64,000 nucleotides of DNA from Ramazzottius varieornatus. Its lineage: Eukaryota > Animalia > Tardigrada. This document shows, in pieces, positions 48,312-59,341 of the stretch. The stretch covers positions 7,204,149-7,268,148 of the forward strand of contig BDGG01000001.1 in NCBI GenBank assembly GCA_001949185.1. The letters are read 5' to 3'. Numbering within the stretch: position 1 is the stretch's first letter; the number at the start of each line of letters is the position of its first letter. The translations under genes and the position numbers were made by a program. The notes beneath the pieces are model-generated. The model worked only from the letters and a program-made list of their open reading frames with translations. It did no database searches and was not told the origin of the DNA.

Positions 48312-50187
48312 ATGCCGGGAACAACGAATGTGAATCTGCTGTTTACCACCTTGCCAGGAACGGACTTATCGGTATCCAGAGTTTGTCTGGGAACTTGGCA
48401 GTTCAATGGCGGACAGGCAGATATCACCTGGAGTGGACAGGAAGAAAAGGTGTATTATAGGCATTTGAGCTCGACCAGATCGTCTGGTCAAGTGGCGCAC
48501 GTTTCGTTGCAATTGGCTGAATGTGTCGGCCACTTGGAGAACGATCTGGCTCAAAAAGCCCAAGTGCCAGATTTATTTGGTCTACACGATTGTTATCTTC
48601 CGCAGACGCTTTGCGGAAATTTTTCAGCGTCCATATTCGTCTGCGATTTGGATTTTTTGTAGTTGTCCAAAGCAATTGTGGACAAGGCGTTGGAGACCGG
48701 CGTAAACTTCTTTGACACAGCGGAAGCCTATAAGAACTCCGAGGTCGTCCTGGGGAAAGCTTTGGAAGGTCGCCGCCAGAATGCCGTCATCGCCAGCAAG
48801 TTCGGCCAGAATCATCCCGAAGGAAAGGTGGAATATTCTGCGATGGATATTGAGAACGCTTTGACACAGTCCTTAACGAAACTGAATACGACTTACATCG
48901 ACCTGTATCAGGTAAGCAGCTAGATACACACGATGTCAGAAAGATCGTTGTGAAAGGGCGAATTTTGTTGGGCATCGGTCGAAACTGCACATTATAGTGC
49001 GTACGGGCAAAATACGGCCACCTAAATATGATTTCGAAAAACAACAAAAAATCGCTGATGAGCGCGGTAAGTAAAATGCTATACAGCCAAATGTTTTTGG
49101 GTGCTGCATTTTTGTCGATTAATCTTTACACTGATGGACTGACTAACGATTCTTGCAGGTGCACTGGCCGATCTGCGTGGCGAACATGGAAGAGACCGTG
49201 CAGCAGCTCAAACTGGAGCAGTCTCGTGGGCGTATTCTCCACTACGGCTACTGTAATTTTGGTGTGGAGAATATGAAAGCCTTCCAGCTGGCTGGCGGGA
49301 AACCTGTAACCACTCAGGTGCTAACCGTTTGGTTTGGCCAACGCCCGTGCGCTTACATTTTAGTATCGAAAGACATATCAACGAGAATTCTGTAATATCT
49401 TGGTGTTCTTTAGATGCCGTATAACTTGCTCTGGAGAGCCATCGAGCACTCCACACTGCCTTTGATCCGCGAAAACAACCTCTCCGTCTTGGCGTACTCG
49501 GCGCTGCAGCAAGGACTATTGACCGGAAAGTTCCACAATGCGCAGGAAGTTCCCGAAGGTCGCCGTCGAACTCGCTTATTCAACAGTCAAAGGTACGCCA
49601 CAGTACGCACTCTAATGTCTCAAAGGTTATAACTCGAAACAACTGTGAAAGAATATTGATGTTGTAATTACGGGTTTTTTGGGGTTTCAGCACCACTTTG
49701 GCGAAGCACGGTCAGCCCGGCATGGAGACTGAAACTTTTCAAGTACGTATCCACAAAGGAGCTAACGATGGACCGAGTTATGATTGGGGTATTTTGCTAT
49801 ACGAGTTATAGTAACCTACCACATAGTTTTTGTCTTTGGTAGGCAATAGGCGAGATCCGAAAAATCTCTGAAGAGCTTGGCGAAAGCATGTCCACAGTGG
49901 CTCTCTCATGGCTGCTGGCCCAAAAGAACGTGGAGAGCGTCATTGTCGGGTGCAGTAGTGTGCAACAGGTGGGGGAAAACTGCCGTGTCGTTCCACTAAA
50001 ACCGGTATGGGTTCTCCGCGCAATCCAGTCTATTCACATTTGCCTGACAGTCTTAGCACCTTGCTGATCTGTAGTACGTACCATTACGTAGGCTATTATC
50101 GAGCGACTGAATAGCGCGACGGACCAAGTGAAGAACCTCTTGGGCGACAACGCTGACCTGTGGGCTGCCGAATCGAGAATGAAATAA
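48312..50187 (+). CDS. Aldo-keto reductase, bacterial-type (AKR11-like), 7 coding exons
   Basis: VSRVCLGTWQF, NFFDTAEAY, IASKFG, YIDLYQVHWP (D-Y-K-H tetrad), PYNLLWRAIE, LAYSALQQGLLTGKF, LGDNADLWAAESRMK*. Confidence 0.93.
48475..48549. repeat. Solo palindromic element in AKR intron 1
   Basis: CCAGATCGT..CAAGTGGCGCACGTTT..ATTGGCTGAA..GCCACTTGGAGAACGATCTGG. Confidence 0.88.
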
Positions 50188-50353
50188 TCGCTCAATCATA
50201 CGCAACTCGTCACACAAAATCGCGGAACCATCTCTCTAAAAAGATGAACTTTTTCTTTATTTTTTAACCGAAACATCGACGAGTCTTTGGTTCAATTGAT
50301 CATTACTTCGTTCTTCGATTCCCTCAACAAAATATTCTTCGTGCAACACAAAA

Positions 50354-52148
50354 CTACAAGTCAGTGTTCATGGCAAAAGACCTTGTGCGTCGTCTGCGTC
50401 TAGATAAGAATAGAACTCCAATTGCATAGATCACTGCGGAGAAAAGTGTAAACAAGCCGTACATTAACCACGTCTTTCTTCCTCCGTAATACTGGTATAG
50501 AACACCAGCTAACAGACCACCGGTCCCTTGTCCTACAAAAAGCAGATAGTCATAAGACGAATAAGCAGGCAGAGTCAGTTAGCATTTGTAGTGTGACTGT
50601 TACCGAAGCCTTCGTAAATGGCTCCAAGGAGTCCCTGCAGTGTGGCCCTTATACCCACCGGTGCCTTCTCGAAAGCATAGCTGGTCATGCAGGCGTAGAA
50701 CAGTCCAAAGCCGAAAGCGTGTGTCACGTCGATCGGTAAGACTAGCCATGGGTTTTCGATGAGGTAGTACCCGATGAACCGAACTCCGAAAGAGAGGAGA
50801 CACAGCAAAACACAACCATGGTAGCCAACTTTCCGGATGAACCATTCGGACATGGCCATCATCGGCGCTTCGTAGCACGCTTGCACGAATACGGTGATAC
50901 CGAGGAGTAGTCCTGAAGCGCCAAGCTCAGACTGGTACCAAGCTAGGTAAGCGTAGAGTATGCCAGAACAGACACCTGATACGAAGGTCCCGGAACTGGA
51001 AGAAATCCAAAGTTAGATCGACACGGAAGTAGGAAACACAGCATTACATCACATGCTAACCACGATACTGCGCACCACATTACCTACTATTAATAACACA
51101 ACATCAGCCCCAAACCTGGTTTATATGTATATAGCATGACATAACATGACATGACATGACCTACCAGAACAATAGAACCTCAAACGTCAGAAGATTCCTT
51201 CCTGCCACAATTTCCGGGTTTCTCACCAACTTTTCCTTCTTAAAGAAGAATGCGGCAATAATGGCACCACAACACATCGTTATGTAAAGCGCAAACGCCG
51301 GGGTGAAATCTCTTTTCTCCGGCGTTGTTTCTTCCGAGAAGGCATCCATGAGGAAGCCTACCGCCAGCGCGCACAGTGCCCATCCAATGGTCCCCAGCAC
51401 GCGGTTCGATCCGTATGTCGTTCGAATCGGTGATCTCTCCACGATACCGAAGGAAATGGTGTCAACCAGCGTCACCGAAGCTCCGTAGCCGTACCAGCCA
51501 ATGATGAGCAGAAGACCGGTCAGCCAAAACTGCTTGGTCCATCGCACTGTCGGTAGTACTTTCTTGTCGGGTGGGACCAAAGAGCAGTTGCAGACCGACA
51601 GGGTTCTGGAGAGGTCCTTCAAGTCAAAATTGCTTTGTATGTCCACTGTTTGTGTCTGGGGAGATGAAACGGTACAAGTGAAGCTTCCAAGGGGGAATTG
51701 CCGGTAGGAAAGAATTTCTCGGCAAGAAGCATTGGAGATCGGGGAAGGGATATCAGCGGGTATTGGGGGGACAAAGTAGATAGAAGAGAGGAAAGCCAGT
51801 TCGACCACGAGGAAGAACTGCAGAAGGACGTAAGGAGCTTTTAATTTGTCGGCGAGACCACCAGTGGTAGGCTTGGATAGGATGGCAAGGAAAGGGAGGA
51901 TGCCGTAGACGATGCCATTTTCCAGGGCGCTTAGTCCGAGATGTTGGATGTACAGCGGGATGTACGGAACCAAACTGGCTAAAGCTGTGAAAATTAAAAA
52001 TAATTCCAAATTTTTTAATGCCGAAGAGTACCGGGGGATATGGGACTCACGTACCTCCAAAGTGGAGGAAGAAGACGACCTTCAATGGGAAGAGGTGTGG
52101 ATGGAAGAATGACTTGAGGTGGCCGGTACAACCCGAGTATTCTTGCAT
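50354..52148 (-). CDS. MFSD6: MFS transporter, MFSD6-like
   Basis: PLKVVFFLHFGALASLVPYIPLYIQHLGLS, KPTTGGLADK, YGSNRVLGTIGW, ENPWLVLPID, RATLQGLLGAIYEGFGQGTGGLLAG; multiple TM helices; 4 coding exons. Confidence 0.85.
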
Positions 52149-52658
52149 AACTCTCTGGTCGTTCATTTTCCGCCTCGATACCAGCAAAGTTTTGTAGAGC
52201 AGTCCACAGGCATTGTTGTCAGCTTGTAGTTCTTGCTATCATCTCTTGATAAGATGGGTGGGTAAAGCTGGCCTGCAATTGCAGTTCCAGCCTCCAGGCA
52301 AAGCTTGAAAATAACAAAAACAGCACGGAAACCGTCAATCTGGCACACTCGACCACAACGTCACACATTAGTTCAAGCCTTCACTTACAGTGCTAACCGG
52401 CTGCCACCTCAGATCTCTGACATCATACGTACCTCTGGGTAGAGGCCTAAAGTATAGGCGCTTGTTTTAGGCTGTTTTTGACTGGCTGTTCAAAACGTGA
52501 CGTACAAAACGCCTGATGCCTGTGTAGGGTGACGTAGCAGAGCTCGTATGCGATCGTTTGATCGCTCTGACTGATACGTGCTCGCAATTTTTCGACTAAT
52601 GCGCGGAAGACCTTTCCATACTGCCGCAAACTGCTAGCTCACACAACAGTCTGGCAAG

Positions 52659-52700
52659 CCGGGATCTTTCTTCCGGGATCTCTCTTCCGGGATCTTTCTC
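52659..52700. repeat. 3 x 14-bp tandem repeat CCGGGATCTYTCTY
   Basis: Direct reading; ~500 bp upstream of the MFS gene start. Confidence 0.8.
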
Positions 52701-53729
52701 TCAATGCTACTTGCCCAAATTGTTGGCAACGTTGTCTGTGCGCCGTGCTTACCGGCCAGCGTTGTACGCCGTCGTACAGCGCTGGCTTGATGCAACCACA
52801 ACAGAGGCGACGGCGGAACGAAAGAGACAGAAATGCTGTACGTCGATCGGCTATAGCCTAAAGAATTGCCCCAGTGCAGTCATTAGAGAGGTTGATACGG
52901 AACTCGAGCAGCGCAAGAAATCCGAGTAGCGTAAGACTTTGGCCCCTCCATTCCTTACTCTAATCAGCTGAGGTTGAAACCCGCTAACGCGATCCAGCCA
53001 ATTACCGTAACTTCTCCGGAAGGGTTTGCAAACCTCCATCAATTTTCGTAATTAATGACTTTTTGGTAAGAAGCGATTTCAAATCACACGAAGTTTTCAG
53101 TTCTGACATAGCAACGGAAAAAGTGATTTCCAGTTCCGACTGCTTAAAGCTCAAGTGAATCTTGATACGAAAAGCAGCAGTTGAAGGCAGAGTAAAATCC
53201 AAAAAGAGGCAAAAGCCACCGTTAGAGGCAGAGTTCTTATTGTGGTGGAAGTCACAGTTGAAGTTGCAGTCTCATCGAATTTTGGAAAGCCATAATTACA
53301 CCCACAGTCAAACTGAGATTTTCGTTGTTTTCTAGGTTGACAAAGTCACAGTAAAGCGTGCAGTCGTTGCTACAGTTGACGAATAATTAATAACCGACGT
53401 TAAACCCTGAAAGATGCAGTTAGAGGGGCAGTTGGCACCTCGGTGGGACGTCTTGAAAGCAAATCTGAAGTTTTGAGAAAATTTTGGGAAGAAATACCCA
53501 CAGAAAAGCTTAGTTGGAACGTTACTCGGATTTCTTACGCACTCGGGTAACGGCCCATATGCCCTACTCGGGAATTAAGCACCGAGCACATTAGTGGGTT
53601 CAGTCGGCTCGGCTCCGCCCGCGTGCTCCCCTTCAATTGGCTCATTCCTGCGCTAATCCGATTTCTTGCTCTGCTCGAGCGCCGTATTAACCTCTGGATT
53701 ATCGTTCCGACGAAACAACATGTGCAGTA

Positions 53730-53795
53730 CACGCACGAAGGGAAAGTCTGGACCAGTAAGAAGTTTGGATCAGACGGAAAAGACGGCAAGGCTTC
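53730..53795. mobile_element. Terminal fragment of the 18015/41518 MITE family
   Basis: TA-CACGCACGAAGGGAAAGTCTGGACCAGTAA...CGGAAAAGACGGCAA aligns with the 41518 and 18015 left ends. Confidence 0.6.
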
Positions 53796-54353
53796 ACCGA
53801 AAGTCGCTCTTTCTAGATTCTCGTGCACAGCTTTCTATTCGGAAGCAAGACCAACACCGTCAACAAGTAAGCGATACTCAAAATTACCGGTACGTCTTTT
53901 CGAGATGCTTTTATCGTGACAACGAGATCCTTGATTCTTCCCGTTGTGGAAGTGCAGAAAGAAGATGGTCCAGTTTACCGCGTAACCAAGTTTCGAGTCA
54001 GGGCCGTGTCGGCCGGGGCTTTGATTCGTACGTAACGCTGGCTCAGACTTTGGTCGAATGATAGTTCTGCTTTATTGGATGAATAGGATGTTATGCCGAC
54101 GACACGAGCGGAATTTGATACAATGGAAGATCAGACATTGCGAACGATTCGAAACGAAAGACCGATACGAGACCATTATCGACGAGGGCAACTCCTCAAA
54201 CCAGAATAGAATAAGATGGAACAGGCAAAAAAGGCACAAGAAACAAATTCAATTACGACGCAATCACCAGCTGGATATGGTCCGACGCTGACGCAGCAGA
54301 CAAAAACGATGGCTGATACTATTTGGACGATCTCATCCAGTTTTCAAAGGAGG

Positions 54354-55187
54354 TTAAACATTCAGAGCCTTCCTGACTTCGGTAAACTTGCCGATTACGT
54401 AATCAGACAGCGTGCCATACATCGTCCATGCCTTGTCTTGCCAGGTTTCCTCTCGCTTGATTGTCTTCTTGGCGGACTTGAAAGCTTGCGAGGCTTTCTT
54501 CTGGGCGTCTGAAGCAGTCTTCGTGGCAGAATCCTTAACCTGTTCCTTCACCTACAACAACAGAAGCATTTTTCAATCGTTCTGCGAACCAAACACCGCA
54601 ACTGTGAAGGAGATTACAAAAGCTTCAGCCGGAAAGGCAAAGAGAATTCCTCGAAGTCGTGAACTTTACACCGATTTGGCAGGCTATACGGAATTACTGA
54701 CTGCGATCCTCAGTGAGAGATATCCACACGTGAGACAGTGCGTGGCCTGCCAATTTTACATATTGAAATACTTGGAAAATGCAAATCGTACCTGCTCAGC
54801 TTTCTTCTTCGCCTGTTCCACCCTCTCCGAAGCTGCCTTCTTGGCCGCAGCCATAGTATCTTCGGCTGACTCCTTGATGGTCTGGATCTTTTCGGCCGCG
54901 GCATCTTTCAAATCCCCAGCCATTTCAGTGGCTTTGTGCTCGGCCTGCGTCCATCGCTCTTTAGCGGATTCACCGAGATCATCGTAGATCTCCTCAGCCT
55001 CTTCTCGCCATTCACCCACCTTCTCCTGAACCTTGTCTTTCACAGCTTCGTACACCACACCTGATCCGTGCTTAATATCGTTGCCGATATCCTCAGCGGC
55101 ATCCTTCACGTCATCGACAGCCTTCTTGAAGGCGGTGGAATAACCTACGAGGAGAACGGACAAAGCCAAACATATAATGAACTGCAT
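54354..55187 (-). CDS. Secreted group-3 LEA-like protein (2 coding exons, ~197 aa)
   Basis: Signal peptide MQFIICLALSVLLVGYSTA, then A/K/E/D-rich amphipathic repeats (DLKDAAAEKIQ TIKESAEDTMA AAKKAASERVE) with ~11-residue period; intron ~54791-54552. Confidence 0.82.
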
Positions 55188-55866
55188 GATTTCTGGATGA
55201 GTTCCCAGAAGAAGAAGCCTTGGGCTTCACTTCTTTATCTCGTAGAACACAGGTCAAGATTCACAAGTCAGAACAATCGAAAGTCCGGAAGAAGAAGAGC
55301 TCAAGAAAATCGGAAAAACGATGCTAATCAGAATTCAAAAAATCATGAAAATGGCTTCGACTGTTTATGTTTTTTCAAAGGCGTGCCTTTCCGCGCTCTA
55401 TACAGGCTGCTTTCGCATACCCGTCCGAATGACATCACAAATCGATCGTTAACTCTCATAATCAACCTTGACGACACACGCACCTTTTGCTGACCTGTAC
55501 GCACAGGGATTTCTGTTTGGCCGCTACAGCGGGCTTTCCATGTCATCCGACGGACCAAGATAACTTCTCCCACTACAGATCCGCGTGCTCTGCGTGCGTA
55601 TGCTCACCACCTAAAAGCCGTTTATAATTGAGTTTTAATGTTATGTACAATAGAGTCCTACGCCTTTTCCGCCGTTCCGCTGCCTCATGGCCAACATTTG
55701 GGCCTTCAAATCAAGTTTGTTGATCAGAAGGTTACAACATGCAAACTTTTCCTTCCATCCACTCCGCAGTTTGATCTGTTTCCCCTCCCAGATGTTCCTG
55801 CTTTGGTTCGTCCAGAGCTAGGAGAAGGAACAGGGCAACCGCTACAAGCAGGAAGTTGACTGGAAG

Positions 55867-58800
55867 ATGGATACTTGGAAGAGCGCAGTGGACCAGCAGC
55901 TGGAAGCATTGATGTCGCATTTTCCAATCCCGAACATCGACACCGCGATCGCTTTCCTCGAAGAACAGCTCAGCCTCAACGATGCAGATAGCGTCAGTTT
56001 TCCAGCTGTCTGCTTTTTCCTGAATGTTCTGGCCGAAGCTTCGACTGTCGAGCGCAAAAGTACGAAGAGGAAATCCACGTTGGATGGACCACATCCTTCA
56101 AGCGTCGCTCAACCGGAATCGGTCTCTGAAAGAAACCCCATCACATGGACAGTCTTCAGCCAGCCCTGGCGAGCCCTGCGGAGGGAGATAACCGAGAACG
56201 TAGGCCTCTTGGAGGCCCTGGAACAGAGCAAATCTTCGCCGGACTACACGAAACGCGTTGTAAAGGCGATATTCCGGTTCATCGAAGATAACATTGCGGT
56301 CAGTAAAGATGTGCAAACTTCGTCGGTTTCTCCGCTGAGTCGCTTCATTGCGAGACTCGATGAAGTTGAGATGAAAGGTAGGATATCTTTTCATTTCATG
56401 GCTTAGCCCAGAACGAGAACTGAGAAGCCCTAGGTGCATTTTTTCGCAGGAAAGGATATGACGATTTCAACTGCAGAACAAAAGGCGCTCGTTGTTCTCA
56501 TTGCGCACCTGGTTGGCCTGGAGAACGTTCATCTGAGTCTTTCCGAGAGCGAAGTGTTTGTGCGAGACGAAGACCGGCCGGATGCGTCTGTCGGATCTTC
56601 GGAATTTGTTGATGGTAATTTGTTTCAGTCTGAAAAGCAAACGTGGTTTCTTTCATGAACGGAATACAACTTTTATGATTATACCGGCATTGCCCGTCTT
56701 TTGTCCCCGGCAGTTGCACCAACGACGCTCGCACCGTTCCTCATACCGCGCACAAACTCCGGAACCGAGCTTTTACCGAATAATTTGTGGACTTACAGTG
56801 GAGGACACTACGTCCACTGTGACGTTTTCGCCGAGATCGCCTACGTGGTGTGCAGGTCGTACAAACATGATCACAACAAGCCGGAAATGAAGAAAGTGCA
56901 GTTTTCTGTACTCGAGTGTCTGCACAACAAAGGACATTTGAAAAGGTACGAGTCAAAATGGAAACTTGGACATAAAGCCCGAGAAGAAAAATCAAGTCAA
57001 CAGAGTAAGCTAATGATTAATCGGGACGGCGGCAAATGCCTTCACCCGTTTTGATGTTATCAACTGAGAGGGTGCGCTACTTGGAAAACCATCTTGTCGA
57101 GCTTGACTGTTTTCCAAAGTGGCGCAGGTTTTCATGTTACTGGCCGAAAGCGTGCGCACTTGGGAAAACGATCTGGGTCAATTCATTTTCTGACTCCCGT
57201 GTGATTTCCGATGCTATTTTTTAGATATCCAGCGGCGCTTGTGGTCCTAGCGCAACTCCAAAAAGTTCGAAAAGACTTCCATAGAGCGGATGAACTTTTT
57301 CGGGAGGCGATTGCCGTCAGCCGGGAGTTGTACGATGACGCTTTCGTCCTTCCTTACTGTCGCTTCGCCCAGTTCCTGATGGGACACCCGAAGGACTACG
57401 TCCTTGCCTTGGTTCCCGCGGTCCTGGCAGCCAGAGCTATCAGCGTGTACCATTACATTCCCTCTCTTGACCACGATATTCATGACGGTATTCAGAATTA
57501 CAAAGTTTTAGGATAAATATAAACTCTTATCAAAACTACCACTGAAATTCGAAAGGAAATTGAAATTATGCAGCTTCAGAGAATGGGAGCTCGGCAAACA
57601 TATTTGACCGGACTATTTTCCCAGGTGGCGCACGTTTTCAGTGTCATTGACCAAAATCGTGCGCCAAGTGGAAAACTCGACGAGGTGGTTTCCCCAGTGG
57701 CGCACGTTATTAGTGTTGTTGACGGAAAGCGTGCGCCGCTAGGAAAATCGTTTTGTCGGGTTTGTTTGCAAAGATCTCAAATCAATTTTAATCCAGATGA
57801 ATTTTGATGAATGATGAATCAATGAGCAGATGTTTAGTTTGCTTGCTCCTCTTGTAGAAATTATTCGGATGGCGGACCTGTTCGCCGAAATCTGCCAGAA
57901 GTTCCACAACGACAAGCGACCTGCAGACCCACTCGTTGCGCCCCTTTTGCTGTCCTTCCTCGACTACATCTGCTTGTGGGAGCAGAAGAACCAGTCGAAC
58001 ATATTTCACTCGACCTGGAGCCAGAAGTTAGTCAGCTTGATGAACCCGTCCAAGCTAGGCGTCGACATGTTCCGTAGCGTCATGTTACACGGCAGCGCTC
58101 AAAGCGTCGCGCGGGTCCTCAACCACGAAACTTTCATAGAGGACGACGACTCTTACCTAGACTACATGCTAGACACCTTCAGGCAAAATAAGAGCAGTTC
58201 TCGAAAAGAAAACGTACTGACAGACAACGACACTGTAAAACTGACCGAGCAGAAATACGACTTTCCTCCGAATATCGAAGTGAACGAAGAATTTTGTCGT
58301 TTCGCTTTGAACCTGTACGAAAACTGGGCGCCACTGCGACTGGATCGAACGTTCGTGAGTTCTGATAAGGCGCTGTATTTTGAAATACCCGAAGACGAGA
58401 AAAGTATCGAGTATGCTGAAGTCATGAAACAGTTGTCCAAGTTCCCTGTTCGTCGAGGTGTATCCGACGAAGACTTGGACAAAATCGCCCCCCTTCGCGC
58501 AGTGAACCCACTGTACAAGCTAGCCAACAAGCAGGTTTTCCCTTTTCTCGATATGGGTCCGTCAAACATCGCCATCTGTTCGTTCGACTATGAGAAAGTC
58601 AAGCGGGAAGTGAAGACCCCATTACCGGCCTACGAAGAGAGTCGGGTGGTCTATGCGCTGCAGCGAAAGCTGAACGAACTGGCGGGCAAGGGGGAGGGAG
58701 AAGCTTCGAAGAGGCACTTCTCGCATGTGGTGCTGAGAAGCATCAAGATGCAGAGCGTCAAGACCATGCTGAGCGGTGATCGAGTCGCCCTGCCGGAAAT

Positions 58801-58888
58801 CAAGCAAGTTCTGGAAGGCAGCGCCATCTCGGCCAGCAACACACAGAAGCGCGAACGGAGACCCACTTTCCGTCGACAGTTTTGTTGA
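55867..58888 (+). CDS. MEN1: Highly divergent menin homologue
   Basis: HFPIPNID, LVGLENVHLSLSE, WTYSGGHYVHCD..EIAYVVC, LHNKGHLKRYPAAL, AIAVSRELYDDAFVLPY, FLDYICLWEQ, VLRSIKMQSVKTML are collinear with menin. Confidence 0.85.
57030..57185. repeat. Two-unit palindromic array in a menin intron (56946-57224)
   Basis: GTGCGCTACTTGGAAAACCATCTTGTCGAGCTTGACTGTTTTCCAAAGTGGCGCAGG..CGTGCGCACTTGGGAAAACGATCTGG. Confidence 0.88.
57605..57760. repeat. Two-unit palindromic array in a menin intron (57488-57857)
   Basis: CCCAGGTGGCGCACGTTT..CGTGCGCCAAGTGG then CCAGTGGCGCACGTT..GCGTGCGCCGCTAGG. Confidence 0.88.
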
Positions 58889-59341
58889 AGTTTCTATTAG
58901 AGTTATGCCTCTGTGTTACATATGTGTTGTTACTATGTACGGCTTTATACAAGTCTAATTTTTTATAGTTCGGTTCGGAAAGCCCTCATGTCTTGGAAGG
59001 CTGCAAAAACGCACATTCTAGTTTGATTTCTTTGGCGTCAGCTTTCATGGCGATTTTATTTCGTTTTTAATTTGCAGAATGTAGAATTATGCTGTGTGTT
59101 GTATAATCAGTAAGAAGAGCGATATTCAGAAAACCGGTTTTGATCTGGCGAACCGCGATGCTAAAGTGCGCACGTGTTGGCCGAGTGATAGAGTTCTTAC
59201 GGTGCTTCGTCGTGATTATGTCGGAGATTGTTTACGAGACGACGCGGGCGCGCAGCTGCTCTTTTTAGAATGTTGGCTCGACCTCGACGTCTAGCCTGTA
59301 TACTGCGAAGTCCTGAAGTCAGCCATAATCATGGTCACAAG

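Noticed and set aside
51135-51160. (CATGA)n microsatellite beside an MFS splice donor
   Set aside because: Short simple repeat with no evidence of function.
52950-53520. Recurrent GCAGTT/CACAGT motifs suggesting a Thr/Ser-rich coding relic on the minus strand
   Set aside because: Frames are interrupted by stops and no repeat unit or family could be defined.
53535-53690. Possible TA-flanked MITE
   Set aside because: Terminal inverted similarity is too weak to support.
54412-54987. Long plus-strand ORF opposite the LEA gene (and similar shadow ORFs opposite other genes)
   Set aside because: Antisense shadow of biased codon usage in the real gene.
124-55187. Trehalase, AKR and LEA as a desiccation gene cluster
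   Set aside because: They are spread over ~55 kb among unrelated housekeeping genes, and no shared regulatory signature was seen.
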